DNA from: a virus
Lineage: Duplodnaviria; Heunggongvirae; Uroviricota; Caudoviricetes
Virus record (IMG/VR): IMGVR_UViG_3300028832_002797
Strand: one strand, 5' to 3'
Length of the DNA: 41,232 nucleotides
Made by a program: the position numbers and the translations under genes. The notes beneath the pieces are model-generated. The model ran no database searches. It saw only the letters and a list, made by a program, of their open reading frames with translations, and was not told where the DNA came from. Positions 1 through 8,269 of the stretch are shown here, piece after piece; position 1 is the first letter of the stretch, and each line of letters begins with the position of its first letter.

Positions 1-18
1 CAATTAGCGTACCCTGGA
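1..18 (-). tRNA. Possible 5' end of a further tRNA, truncated by the window edge
   Basis: Minus strand reads TCCAGGG-TA-CGCT-AATTG, resembling acceptor 5' strand, nt 8-9 and start of a D-arm, 10 nt after the previous tRNA-like gene; rest is outside the window. Confidence 0.4.
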
Positions 19-28
19 ATATGTTTAG

Positions 29-104
29 CTGTTTACAATGGAGTCGAACCAATACCTCTCACCCGCTGCAGCGGGAAGCGCTCTGCCAGTTGAGCTAGTA
101 AACA
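29..104 (-). tRNA. tRNA-like gene with non-canonical anticodon arm (identity undetermined, GCA/Cys-like)
   Basis: Acceptor TGTTTAC/GTAAACA, D-arm GCTC-AACTGGCA-GAGC, T-arm ATTGG-TTCGACT-CCATT; anticodon arm contains the palindrome CCCGCTGCAGCGGG and about 3 extra nt; no CCA. Confidence 0.7.
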
Positions 105-143
105 AAAATAAAAAATCCTGTAAGTTTCATATCTTACAGGATT
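105..143 (-). terminator. Intrinsic terminator (attenuator 1) abutting the tRNA 5' end
   Basis: 11-bp stem AATCCTGTAAG/CTTACAGGATT, 8-nt loop, then TTTTATTTT. Confidence 0.85.
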
Positions 144-179
144 CGTTTAAATTCACTCTTTTTATCGATGAAACAAAAA

Positions 180-242
180 CTAATCCTGTAGTACCTCAGG
201 GTTATTCGGATTGACGGTATTTGTGTTCATCGTGAAAGTCAT
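180..242 (-). CDS. Leader peptide 1, MTFTMNTNTVNPNNPEVLQD (Thr/Asn-rich)
   Basis: Translated by hand; purine-rich GAGAG upstream; ACT, ACG, ACA, ACC and five Asn codons; stop codon lies in a segment complementary to the terminator 5' arm. Confidence 0.75.
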   Translation of the reverse strand: MTFTMNTNTVNPNNPEVLQD

Positions 243-262
243 TTTGTTTTCTCTCTTTTAAT

Positions 263-297
263 ATTATATATAGAAATTTTTTTGGTGTTTTCGCTTT
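263..297 (-). promoter_or_regulatory. Class-2 promoter motif AAAGCGAAAA...CTATATATAAT
   Basis: GCG-N23-TATAAT, same spacing as at 8791-8825 and 25817-25851. Confidence 0.7.
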
Positions 298-314
298 TTG
301 CTTTAACGTTGTTA

Positions 315-343
315 AATATAGTAAAGTTTATTCCTTTTGTAAA
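315..343 (-). promoter_or_regulatory. Sigma70-like promoter TTTACA-N17-TATATT
   Basis: Matches the window-wide consensus TT[G/T]AC[A/G]-N17-TATATT. Confidence 0.8.
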
Positions 344-346
344 CCC

Positions 347-928
347 CTAAACGGAAAAATTTTTCATCTCGGCGTTTGATTCTTCTCTATAATATTTATC
401 AGCCAGCTTTTCCATCTTGTTATTCAAGATACCGAATACAAGACCGAGAATACCACCGATAAAATGTGCAGCATGACCGATATGATCGTTTGCGTTGATT
501 TGCTGCAATTCCGGAATAAGCTTCAAGAGGATAAGAACGATACAGGTGAAAGAAATTCCGGTATTTTCCTTACAGAAACAATGGAGCAAAATAAACATGA
601 AACAAATATCAGACATTCCGATTCCAGCCACGTTACGTAACGAACCTACAAAGCTCGTAGCCAAAGTGGTCAGGATAATCATCGTAACTGTTCTGATAAT
701 TCCAAAACGACGTTCGATTACCGGACCGAGCAATGCGATGATAAAGATATTCGACAGCCAGTGGGTAGAAATATCGGCATGAACCAGAGTTGTAGTAATC
801 CAGGTCCAGCTGAAATTTTGAGTCATCGTGCAGGCAGACTTCAGTCCCGGCGTAATCGTGATAACGAAGCTGCTGATGATGAGGATTGCGGTAATGATTT
901 CGTCTTTGAAGAAGTTAGCGATTTTCAT
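347..928 (-). CDS. Rhomboid-family intramembrane serine protease
   Basis: Hydrophobic; LVHAD..HWLSN, GPVIERRFG, GMSD (GxS catalytic Ser), HAAHFIGG (catalytic His). Confidence 0.75.
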   Translation of the reverse strand: MKIANFFKDEIITAILIISSFVITITPGLKSACTMTQNFSWTWITTTLVHADISTHWLSNIFIIALLGPVIERRFGIIRTVTMIILTTLATSFVGSLRNVAGIGMSDICFMFILLHCFCKENTGISFTCIVLILLKLIPELQQINANDHIGHAAHFIGGILGLVFGILNNKMEKLADKYYREESNAEMKNFSV

Positions 929-935
929 GACCTAT

Positions 936-964
936 AATATAGTAAAATAGGTCAATTCAGTCAG
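936..964 (-). promoter_or_regulatory. Degenerate sigma70-like promoter CTGACT-N17-TATATT
   Basis: Consensus -10 at 17-nt spacing from a weak -35. Confidence 0.5.
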
Positions 965-973
965 CCCTTTTTA

Positions 974-1723
974 TTACTTCCAGAAGCAATAGAGACACTT
1001 GTGCCCGCACCTTGACGGTTTGACACTCAGTATTTGTTTCTTGGCCAGACACATGCAATCACCGCGTTGTTTATTTTCCGGCTGTCCATATTCAGAAACA
1101 TCGACATTAAGAATAGCCAAGTCAGCATAACTCGCACATCCAATCTGAGTAACGAGATTTGTACTGAAGCCTTGTTCCACACAGGATTCAAAAACAAACG
1201 CATCCTTGAATTTAACTAGTTCATTTTCGACTTTCTTGAAATATTCTTTAGGAGCAGTAAAAGTATTCCAGGGAATATCAATAGTCATCGCATCCTGAAT
1301 ACGTTGCCTTACATGGTCATACATGTCAATCATGGAAATACGACAACGAATTCTCAAGTTGCGTTCTTTCAGATATGGCTCCCATAATCTGAAAACATTT
1401 ATCGTATTATTTAAAATGTCGTCATTAAATGGCATAATAGGATCTACACGAAGAACATAATGAGAAATCGGAAAACCTCGTTCAATCAGTTTCTTGAACT
1501 GTTCGAATTCCTTTTTTGGAGGCTGAACGTTAGGTTCGAGAATTTTGTTTCCCTGGCCGGTAACGGTATGATGGAAAATAACTCTATCTTTTACGATGAG
1601 CAATTTTTCAATCATTTCATCGGAAAGTTCCTTGGAGATAATGATATTTGCTTCAAGGAGTTTCACTTCCCAGTCAGGAACAAAACATGGGTCGAATGTT
1701 TCAGTAATTCCGATTTGCTTCAT
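974..1723 (-). CDS. DUF1848-like (radical SAM/spore photoproduct lyase-related) protein
   Basis: HHTVTG..LEPNV, LRVDPI, QRGDCMC and C-terminal CGHKCLYCFWK. Confidence 0.65.
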   Translation of the reverse strand: MKQIGITETFDPCFVPDWEVKLLEANIIISKELSDEMIEKLLIVKDRVIFHHTVTGQGNKILEPNVQPPKKEFEQFKKLIERGFPISHYVLRVDPIMPFNDDILNNTINVFRLWEPYLKERNLRIRCRISMIDMYDHVRQRIQDAMTIDIPWNTFTAPKEYFKKVENELVKFKDAFVFESCVEQGFSTNLVTQIGCASYADLAILNVDVSEYGQPENKQRGDCMCLAKKQILSVKPSRCGHKCLYCFWK

Positions 1724-1724
1724 A

Positions 1725-2315
1725 TTAGTCCTTATAAAGTTGGTATTTCTTACTCAACTTATGACTGATGTCATCGCTTAACGGTTTGAACCAGATACCT
1801 ACACGACAACGACCGACACCGTTCTCGTCAGTAAATTCCGGAGTAAGATCCGTCTTGCATACATCATCGATATAACCAAAATCCTGTCCTTCGACAAGGC
1901 CGAGTTCCTTTGCAACATCAACTACCTTCATAAGATGATTAAGATTCTTAGCTTCACAGATAGTCTTGGTAAAGATACCGTTCACGTAATCATTCCAAAT
2001 ATCTTTTGAAAGTTCGATACCGATAGAATATGTCTTTCTCGGATTTTCTTCCGGATATTTAAATGTTTTCTCACCACGTTCATGCGCTGCTTTGGCTGCT
2101 TTATAAACAGCTGGATGTCTATAACGTGTCCAATAATTTGGGTCGCCGTTAATTTCCGTTGGCAAGTTTACGAATTCGTTATCCTTGATTCGACCTTGCG
2201 CAACAAAACTCTTGAGCAAGTTCATCCAATATCCTTCAGCACAATGGCCGACCATAGCCGCGAGCTTGCCCGCATGAAGATTCAAATCTTTTCTAATGAT
2301 AAATAAACGTCTCAT
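1725..2315 (-). CDS. Peptidyl-tRNA hydrolase, Pth2 family, with internal insertion
   Basis: IIRKDLNLHAGKLAAMVGH, TKTICEA, IDDVCKTD, VGIWFKP; start moved to the ATG overlapping the upstream TGA. Confidence 0.75.
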   Translation of the reverse strand: MRRLFIIRKDLNLHAGKLAAMVGHCAEGYWMNLLKSFVAQGRIKDNEFVNLPTEINGDPNYWTRYRHPAVYKAAKAAHERGEKTFKYPEENPRKTYSIGIELSKDIWNDYVNGIFTKTICEAKNLNHLMKVVDVAKELGLVEGQDFGYIDDVCKTDLTPEFTDENGVGRCRVGIWFKPLSDDISHKLSKKYQLYKD

Positions 2316-2671
2316 AGCCAATCCTTTACAGAGTTTAGAAACTTAATAAGTTCAGAAATAGAATAATATCTATTCTTGATACTACCGATAATGTTATCTG
2401 TGTATAAATCGTCTTGTTCACTGATTTTCCATGAATATTCCAAAGGATGTTCTTTGTTGACATAAACCGTGATGTCATACCCATGACCGAAATCAATCTT
2501 AACCGCATTCATAAATTTCTGGTTAGATACATATAATGGAAATGCCTGTTTTAACCGGCCTCTAAGATTTCCAACATACGGTTTCAAAAACTCAGCTTCT
2601 GCTTGAAGCCGTTTTCCGTATTCTGCAAGTTCTTTATTTATTTGTCTACAGCTTTCGTCGTCTTTAAGCAT
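2312..2671 (-). CDS. Hypothetical protein
   Basis: 119-aa ORF tiling the minus-strand gene array. Confidence 0.6.
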   Translation of the reverse strand: MLKDDESCRQINKELAEYGKRLQAEAEFLKPYVGNLRGRLKQAFPLYVSNQKFMNAVKIDFGHGYDITVYVNKEHPLEYSWKISEQDDLYTDNIIGSIKNRYYSISELIKFLNSVKDWL

Positions 2672-2835
2672 TTGTTTGTCCTTTTAGGATCTTTTTTGTT
2701 AAAATAATCCCAAATGTCAATATTTGAAATTTTACGTTTAGAACAGGAATATGTAGGCATGTTCATCCACAGAAAACAACGTAACCTATTTAACTGATGA
2801 CGTAGCAATTCAATTTCTTTATCCTTCTCGTCCAT
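2638..2835 (-). CDS. Hypothetical protein
   Basis: 65-aa ORF in operon context. Confidence 0.5.
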   Translation of the reverse strand: MDEKDKEIELLRHQLNRLRCFLWMNMPTYSCSKRKISNIDIWDYFNKKDPKRTNKCLKTTKAVDK

Positions 2836-2838
2836 AGT

Positions 2839-3078
2839 TTATTTTTCCTCTACTTTTTCAATATCTTCTGGATAACACCAAAGCCATTTCTTAATTCTTG
2901 ATATATAATACTCACATTTTAAATCATGAAGATGTAGTTGTTTCTTATCACTAGTTAAAAAATACCACTGTATATCATTCATTTGTTTTTTAGGAGAACG
3001 AGCTAAAATCATTTTATATGATTCTGGCATTTCTTCTTCAAATGTTTTCCATTTAAATTTGTATATTTCTTCAACCAT
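2839..3078 (-). CDS. Hypothetical protein (weak DUF551-like pattern)
   Basis: WKTFEEEMPE...WLWCYPE. Confidence 0.55.
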   Translation of the reverse strand: MVEEIYKFKWKTFEEEMPESYKMILARSPKKQMNDIQWYFLTSDKKQLHLHDLKCEYYISRIKKWLWCYPEDIEKVEEK

Positions 3079-3593
3079 TAATCTACCTTTATATTAACGG
3101 TTTTCTCAACATATTCAACATTTGCCTTTTTATAAGCACGATACTTCTTCCAGTAATCCTTTGTATCTTCAAACAATGTATAGTACCAGCCACGTTTGTC
3201 CAATTCAATAAACAATGCATACATTTCTTTTTGGACCTTTTCACCAGCCCAACCCCAACCGCGACGGTTACGATATTTTTCTTCAATGGCATAGACTTTA
3301 TCCCATAGTTCCTTGTCTTTACCAGTCAAGTCTTTAATATAGTACTCTTCTTCATAGTCGGTATTGTGAAATTTGTAATTTACTACAGCACAGATATGAT
3401 GATCATCCATTTCTCGACCATTGTGCTTGTGAACATATCCAAACTGATACCAATAATTTTTCGGTAATGTCGCATCAAAATCCTTCTTAATCGGATTTTC
3501 ATCCATATAATGCTGTGCCGATTTGATAGAAGAATAACCCATGCCCGCTTTGTCTAAGCTAACACCTTTATACATTGGAAAAATACGTTTCAT
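3078..3593 (-). CDS. Hypothetical protein
   Basis: 171-aa ORF with 1-nt stop/start overlaps. Confidence 0.65.
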   Translation of the reverse strand: MKRIFPMYKGVSLDKAGMGYSSIKSAQHYMDENPIKKDFDATLPKNYWYQFGYVHKHNGREMDDHHICAVVNYKFHNTDYEEEYYIKDLTGKDKELWDKVYAIEEKYRNRRGWGWAGEKVQKEMYALFIELDKRGWYYTLFEDTKDYWKKYRAYKKANVEYVEKTVNIKVD

Positions 3594-4783
3594 TAGAAAG
3601 CCGCCTTAAAATTATAAACTGGTTTGATAATCTTTTCGATAGTGCAAGTAGGTTCGATATTCAACATGATTTCTTCCATAGGCTTATAGGCCATAGGGCT
3701 TTCATCGATAGTAGCAGAAGAAACACAAGAAGTGAAAATTCCCTTCATTGCTTCCTTATAGTCCTTCATGGAAATAGAGTTCTTAGCATCAGCACGAGTC
3801 ATTAGACGACCAGCACCGTGAGGAGCAGAATAGTTCCAATCCGGATTTCCCTTACCGACACAAATCAAAGAACCGTCACGCATGTTCATTGGAATGATTA
3901 CACGTTCGCCTTCCTGAGCAGAAATAGAACCTTTGCGGAGAATCATGTTCTTGAGGTCGATATAGTTATGGATAGTTTCGAACTTTTCTGTAACCTTGAA
4001 ACCCATTTCCTTGACGATTACATCAAGCATAGCGGCACGGTTCAAAGCGGCGAACTGTTGGACGATTTCCATATCGTGCAAATAGTTAGCCATGTGCTCG
4101 CCAGTGAGGTAGGAAAGATTCTTAGGAACAGAGAAGTGGTCATAATCCTTCATGAGTTCCTTAATTTCAGCGTCAGTCTTTCCCTGAGCCTTATACTTGG
4201 AGATTTCAGCACCACGAATAGCGGTCAGGTCAGCACAATCCTTGATAGCGAGATTCTGCCAGTATTCACAGGTAGCGACACCTAAATGGCGAGAACCAGA
4301 ATGGATAACGATATAAAAAGCACCATCGTCGTCCTTATCGACTTCGATGAAGTGATTACCACCGCCAAGCGAACCTAAACTCAGAAGTTCTTCACGTCTC
4401 ACGTCAGCAATGAGTTCTTCAAACTTTTCATCGAATTCATTTGCGAAACGGTGACGATTGTTTCTGTGTTCCTTACCAGATGGAATCTTTTCCTTGATAA
4501 CCTTATCAAGTTTACCGAATTCAATAAACTTGTCTTTAAGCTTTGCGACAAGCATCCCGCAACCAATATCAACGCCCACAAGGTTAGGTACAACCTTATC
4601 CTTGATAGTCATAGTGGTTCCGACAGTACAATCCTTGCCCGCATGCACGTCAGGCATGATAGCAACATTAACATCGCGAGCCCAACACTGGCACATCATA
4701 TTCAAAATCTGTGAATATGCCGCATTGTCGATGTTATCTGTAAAAACTTTCGCAGTATTATATTTTCCTTGAATCTCAAGCAT
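3593..4783 (-). CDS. rtcB: RtcB-family RNA 2',3'-cyclic phosphate/5'-OH ligase
   Basis: MPDVHAG, VGVDIGCGM, GSLGGGNHFIEV, IHSGSR, HNY, RKG, SAPHGAGR; start at MLEIQG with AAGGAA RBS. Confidence 0.95.
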   Translation of the reverse strand: MLEIQGKYNTAKVFTDNIDNAAYSQILNMMCQCWARDVNVAIMPDVHAGKDCTVGTTMTIKDKVVPNLVGVDIGCGMLVAKLKDKFIEFGKLDKVIKEKIPSGKEHRNNRHRFANEFDEKFEELIADVRREELLSLGSLGGGNHFIEVDKDDDGAFYIVIHSGSRHLGVATCEYWQNLAIKDCADLTAIRGAEISKYKAQGKTDAEIKELMKDYDHFSVPKNLSYLTGEHMANYLHDMEIVQQFAALNRAAMLDVIVKEMGFKVTEKFETIHNYIDLKNMILRKGSISAQEGERVIIPMNMRDGSLICVGKGNPDWNYSAPHGAGRLMTRADAKNSISMKDYKEAMKGIFTSCVSSATIDESPMAYKPMEEIMLNIEPTCTIEKIIKPVYNFKAAF

Positions 4784-4794
4784 AATTAAATTCC

Positions 4795-5112
4795 TTAATA
4801 ATACGGTACTAAAATTACTTCCGGGCAGAATGTCCAATATGCAACAGATTCCCATTCTTCATGGTCAGAATCCTTATCATAACAAGTATCTTCTACCCAA
4901 GTCCAATCAAAATGTCCATCGTCATAATAAGCCTTACCTACAGCTCTCATTCCATAGGTACCGTCGTTATAAAGCACCCACAACATCGTACCGAGCATTT
5001 CATTAGTAGGTGCATCAAGTCGACGACGCCAACGAGTCAACGGAGTATATATAATCTTATCTTCATCCGTCAAGTTGTCGAGAACTTTCCTGTTAAACTT
5101 ATCGTAAGACAT
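4795..5112 (-). CDS. Hypothetical protein
   Basis: 105-aa ORF in array. Confidence 0.6.
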   Translation of the reverse strand: MSYDKFNRKVLDNLTDEDKIIYTPLTRWRRRLDAPTNEMLGTMLWVLYNDGTYGMRAVGKAYYDDGHFDWTWVEDTCYDKDSDHEEWESVAYWTFCPEVILVPYY

Positions 5113-5386
5113 AATTCGTAATATTCCTTATAACCGTTCCGTCATTACATTTGAAGTTTGTCAAGTTTGACACACCGACAGTAACGACTTCATGCTTTCC
5201 GATACATACATGTCTGAATGTACCATTTGAAAAAATATCCAATTTTTCAACACCCAAATCAGACTCCATGAGTCCTTGGGGATGCATATCACATGCATCC
5301 AGTCCATAAAAACAAATGCACACGACAAATGCAGTAATAAGCATGCCGCCAGCAGTTTTACCAATCTTCTTCAAGATATTTTTCAT
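5099..5386 (-). CDS. Hypothetical membrane/exported protein
   Basis: Basic N-terminus followed by a hydrophobic segment. Confidence 0.55.
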   Translation of the reverse strand: MKNILKKIGKTAGGMLITAFVVCICFYGLDACDMHPQGLMESDLGVEKLDIFSNGTFRHVCIGKHEVVTVGVSNLTNFKCNDGTVIRNITNYVLR

Positions 5387-5394
5387 ATAAATGC

Positions 5395-5682
5395 CTAATG
5401 CTTTGTTGATTCTAAATTTTCTTTATTATCGGTGAATTTTCCCTTTGTACCGAATAATGTATTAAACGAACGAACATTTAACGAATCTACCATACCGCGT
5501 GTAGCAATATCCTTAAATGTTCCAAGTTGCCAAATCAAAAACAGTTGATCTTCGCTGAGCGGCGGCTGTCCTTTGCATTCGTTCAGACGCTTCAGTTTTC
5601 CAAGAAGAATCCTAAGTTTTACTAGTTCTTCTTTTGATAATTCAATCGTTACACGTTCTCCGACTAATTCCTTAAGAAACAT
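5395..5682 (-). CDS. Hypothetical protein
   Basis: 95-aa ORF in array. Confidence 0.55.
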   Translation of the reverse strand: MFLKELVGERVTIELSKEELVKLRILLGKLKRLNECKGQPPLSEDQLFLIWQLGTFKDIATRGMVDSLNVRSFNTLFGTKGKFTDNKENLESTKH

Positions 5683-6386
5683 TATATAGTCTCCTTAATC
5701 ATAGTAAAAATATGTTTGCACTTCTCGTTTTCTTCACGACGCTTAATAGCTACGTCAATTTTTTCCTTATTTTTATCAAGCCAGGTCATATACGGTTCAA
5801 TGAAACGAACAGTATCATACTGATAACCCTTGGTTTCTTCTTCCGTAGGACTCAACTTAAATGCACGCAATACATACTTCTTGTATTCATCCAGATACTT
5901 GCTTTCGCACTTCGGTCTAAGAAATCCAAAATATTCCGTAATTGCACTGGCCTGAATGGCGTTACCAAATACGTAGTTATTCTTTTCGCTAAGAATAGAA
6001 AGCGTCGGAGAGAACAAATAGTCTTTATTCTTTCTGTATGTTTCAACAGCAGCCTTGATAGTTTTTTCAGCACGCTCCGTAATATAATTGATACGGACTA
6101 TAGCATTCAGCAAGTCTTCTTCACGAAGCATATTACCATTATAGAACGTTACGCCGCTATTATTGAGGTCACCGATAATAAAACCTGCCTTAGTCGTATA
6201 TGTCGGAACTTCCTTATCATTTACGGACGTAAACGTAAGATCATTCAATTCTTCGAAAAGGTCAGTATTCTTGATACGGATGCATTCATTTTCCGCGTCA
6301 TAGAAGAAATGGTCCTTGCGTTCGATACGTTCATTGAGTTCGTCAACAGTATAGAGCTTGCGCTTGCCGAAAAGATTGAAAAACAT
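5682..6386 (-). CDS. Hypothetical protein
   Basis: Start moved to MFFNLF (AAGGAA RBS) because a promoter cassette occupies 6414-6450. Confidence 0.65.
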   Translation of the reverse strand: MFFNLFGKRKLYTVDELNERIERKDHFFYDAENECIRIKNTDLFEELNDLTFTSVNDKEVPTYTTKAGFIIGDLNNSGVTFYNGNMLREEDLLNAIVRINYITERAEKTIKAAVETYRKNKDYLFSPTLSILSEKNNYVFGNAIQASAITEYFGFLRPKCESKYLDEYKKYVLRAFKLSPTEEETKGYQYDTVRFIEPYMTWLDKNKEKIDVAIKRREENEKCKHIFTMIKETI

Positions 6387-6413
6387 ATTGTGTTCCTTAT
6401 TGGTTATGTGCAC

Positions 6414-6450
6414 AATATAGAAAAAAGGTTGACTTTTGTCAACCTCTTTT
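6414..6450 (-). promoter_or_regulatory. Terminator-promoter cassette
   Basis: Stem AGGTTGAC/GTCAACCT plus T-tract; TTGACA-N17-TATATT. Confidence 0.85.
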
Positions 6451-6687
6451 TTCAAACACGCTCATAATTTCCTTATGAACAATGGCACTTTCTTTGTTTA
6501 GCCATTCTTTTACTTCATTCAATACTGTCATTACTTCTTCAGAACGTTCGCCGAACTGTTCATCGAATTTTGGCTTATTGAAATTCAGGTAGGAAACAAT
6601 AACGTTCATGTACTGGCTGATGTTTTCAAGCTGGCTTGCAACACCCCAGGTGATTTTCTTCTTTTCCATACTTTCCTCAATCTTCAT
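6439..6687 (-). CDS. Hypothetical protein
   Basis: 82-aa ORF in array. Confidence 0.6.
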   Translation of the reverse strand: MKIEESMEKKKITWGVASQLENISQYMNVIVSYLNFNKPKFDEQFGERSEEVMTVLNEVKEWLNKESAIVHKEIMSVFEKRG

Positions 6688-7093
6688 TGATTAAATCATC
6701 ATATTTGTTGGCAAGAGTGTTAGAATCGCAAGCACGGTCATCTTCTTCTTGGAAAACGACGTGATATTTTGAAGCAACAGGGTCTACACCAAAATGTCTC
6801 TTAGTTATAGATAACAGGTTTTTGGCATATTGCATATTCGGAACGAGAATATCCTTTCCGTCATACATCATGCTTATAGGCTCAAAAGAAATATCGGTAA
6901 AATATGCTCTCTTTGCAAGTTCTTCAGCATTGTAATAAACGCTCTTCCAATCATGCTTGATTAAACCGAAGAATGACGGATCCTTCTTATACTGCACGAC
7001 ATAGTATGGCTTATTCTTTGGATGTAAATTCTTCCAGGCAAAATCGGAATCATACTTGGAAAGATAGTCTACTGCAATAATTCTGAATTTCAT
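6677..7093 (-). CDS. Hypothetical protein
   Basis: 138-aa ORF in array. Confidence 0.6.
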   Translation of the reverse strand: MKFRIIAVDYLSKYDSDFAWKNLHPKNKPYYVVQYKKDPSFFGLIKHDWKSVYYNAEELAKRAYFTDISFEPISMMYDGKDILVPNMQYAKNLLSITKRHFGVDPVASKYHVVFQEEDDRACDSNTLANKYDDLINED

Positions 7094-7512
7094 TACTTGT
7101 TTCCTTCGAAACGTTCTTTGAGTTTGAGAAAAGTATCGTAATCACGTTGTTCTTGAGCTTTGGCTTCGGCTTCGCGTTCAAGGCGACGTTTTTCTTCCTC
7201 TTCACGCTTCTTGATAGCCCAATATTCCTTATGCCAGAGCTGGAATTCCTTAGCGGCTTCTTCCTTATCACCGTCAAGATACTTGGCAATAATATGAGTG
7301 GGAACAGGAAAATTATAGTATTCACCTTCGCCCATAATCACTTCTTCTACATGAAGCTCGCAAGTCTCTTCACCGAAATTGAGACTTTCGAAATACCAAG
7401 TGCCTTGGCAGTCTTTAAAGAACGGGTCAACCATGTGATAGAGTTCGTCTTCGACACTATCGACAATGGTTTTAGCATTTTGGAATTCTCTAAGTTTTTC
7501 CAGACCTGTCAT
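7093..7512 (-). CDS. Hypothetical protein with C-terminal charged helix
   Basis: 139-aa ORF with AAGGAG RBS. Confidence 0.65.
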   Translation of the reverse strand: MTGLEKLREFQNAKTIVDSVEDELYHMVDPFFKDCQGTWYFESLNFGEETCELHVEEVIMGEGEYYNFPVPTHIIAKYLDGDKEEAAKEFQLWHKEYWAIKKREEEEKRRLEREAEAKAQEQRDYDTFLKLKERFEGNK

Positions 7513-7521
7513 AATGACTCC

Positions 7522-8022
7522 TTAGAACGGACTTTTCGCGTTCTCAATAGTATCTTGAATATCAGCTACAAGCGCATCGAAACCAGAATATTCTTTTTGA
7601 ATCTTCGGAAGTAACTGATTATATTTAATACCTTCGCCAAACATATCCTTAATCTTTAAATACCAGATAACCTTGAATTCATTCGGTGTCTTATTCGGCC
7701 AGACCTTAATCTTCAGGTCATCGCGAGTGGTTTCATCCTTTTCCATATGGTCACAAATTTCGACACGAGAATACTTTGCAAGCTCATCCTTGATAGCTTG
7801 AAATTCTTCGTCGGTAAAGTGAACATCTTCCTCTTCTGGAGTAAAAAGTTCAGTGCGATGCATGATAGTCCACGCATCCATATCCAAATCCGGCTTTTCC
7901 TTACGCAAATCGAGCAGACGCTGATATTCGCGCTTGTTAACACGCTCCGGATGTTCCTTTACAGCCTTTTGAATGCTTTCAAAAAGTTTGTCCCAATGTT
8001 CTTGACGATCATTTTGTGACAT
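7522..8022 (-). CDS. Hypothetical protein
   Basis: 166-aa ORF directly after a promoter cassette. Confidence 0.65.
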   Translation of the reverse strand: MSQNDRQEHWDKLFESIQKAVKEHPERVNKREYQRLLDLRKEKPDLDMDAWTIMHRTELFTPEEEDVHFTDEEFQAIKDELAKYSRVEICDHMEKDETTRDDLKIKVWPNKTPNEFKVIWYLKIKDMFGEGIKYNQLLPKIQKEYSGFDALVADIQDTIENAKSPF

Positions 8023-8054
8023 GATAGATTTTCCTTTTATTTAAGTTTTCCTTT

Positions 8055-8092
8055 AATATAATAAAAAATACCCGTTTTGTCAACGGGTAATT
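8055..8092 (-). promoter_or_regulatory. Terminator-promoter cassette ending the tRNA cluster
   Basis: Stem TACCCGTT/AACGGGTA plus T6; TTGACA-N17-TATATT; 34 bp identical to 29347-29380. Confidence 0.85.
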
Positions 8093-8096
8093 TTTA

Positions 8097-8168
8097 TAGG
8101 GGCACTGCCACTCGAAGGCAGTTCCATAGGTTAAAAGCCTATTGCTTCACCATCAAAGCTTTACCCCC
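8097..8168 (-). tRNA. tRNA-Lys(UUU), atypical T-stem (C53-G61)
   Basis: GGGGGTA/TGCCCCT; D GCTT/AAGC; ATAGG-CTTTTAA-CCTAT; CTGCC-TTCGAGT-GGCAG; no CCA. Confidence 0.85.
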
Positions 8169-8177
8169 CCATGGTAG

Positions 8178-8265
8178 TTGAGGCGGCTGGATTTGAACCA
8201 GCGATGTGTCGTTAACCGTACAGGATTCAAAGTCCCGCGCCTTCACCGGACTAGGCAACGCCTCA
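8178..8265 (-). tRNA. tRNA-Gln(UUG) with long variable region
   Basis: TGAGGCG/CGCCTCA; CGGGA-CTTTGAA-TCCTG; about 18-nt variable region; GCTGG-TTCAAAT-CCAGC. Confidence 0.85.
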
Positions 8266-8269
8266 ATAG

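Noticed and set aside
6387-6455. N-terminal extensions in the ORF track (also 4784-4855, 13554-13598, 16755-16790, 17737-17772, 31943-32020, 37670-37756)
   Set aside because: They mostly run through promoter or terminator elements, or lack an RBS; downstream ATGs are better starts
5712-6467. 251-aa plus-strand ORF (likewise 30250-31005 and the other short plus-strand ORFs)
   Set aside because: Overlap better-supported minus-strand genes; all promoter cassettes point to the minus strand
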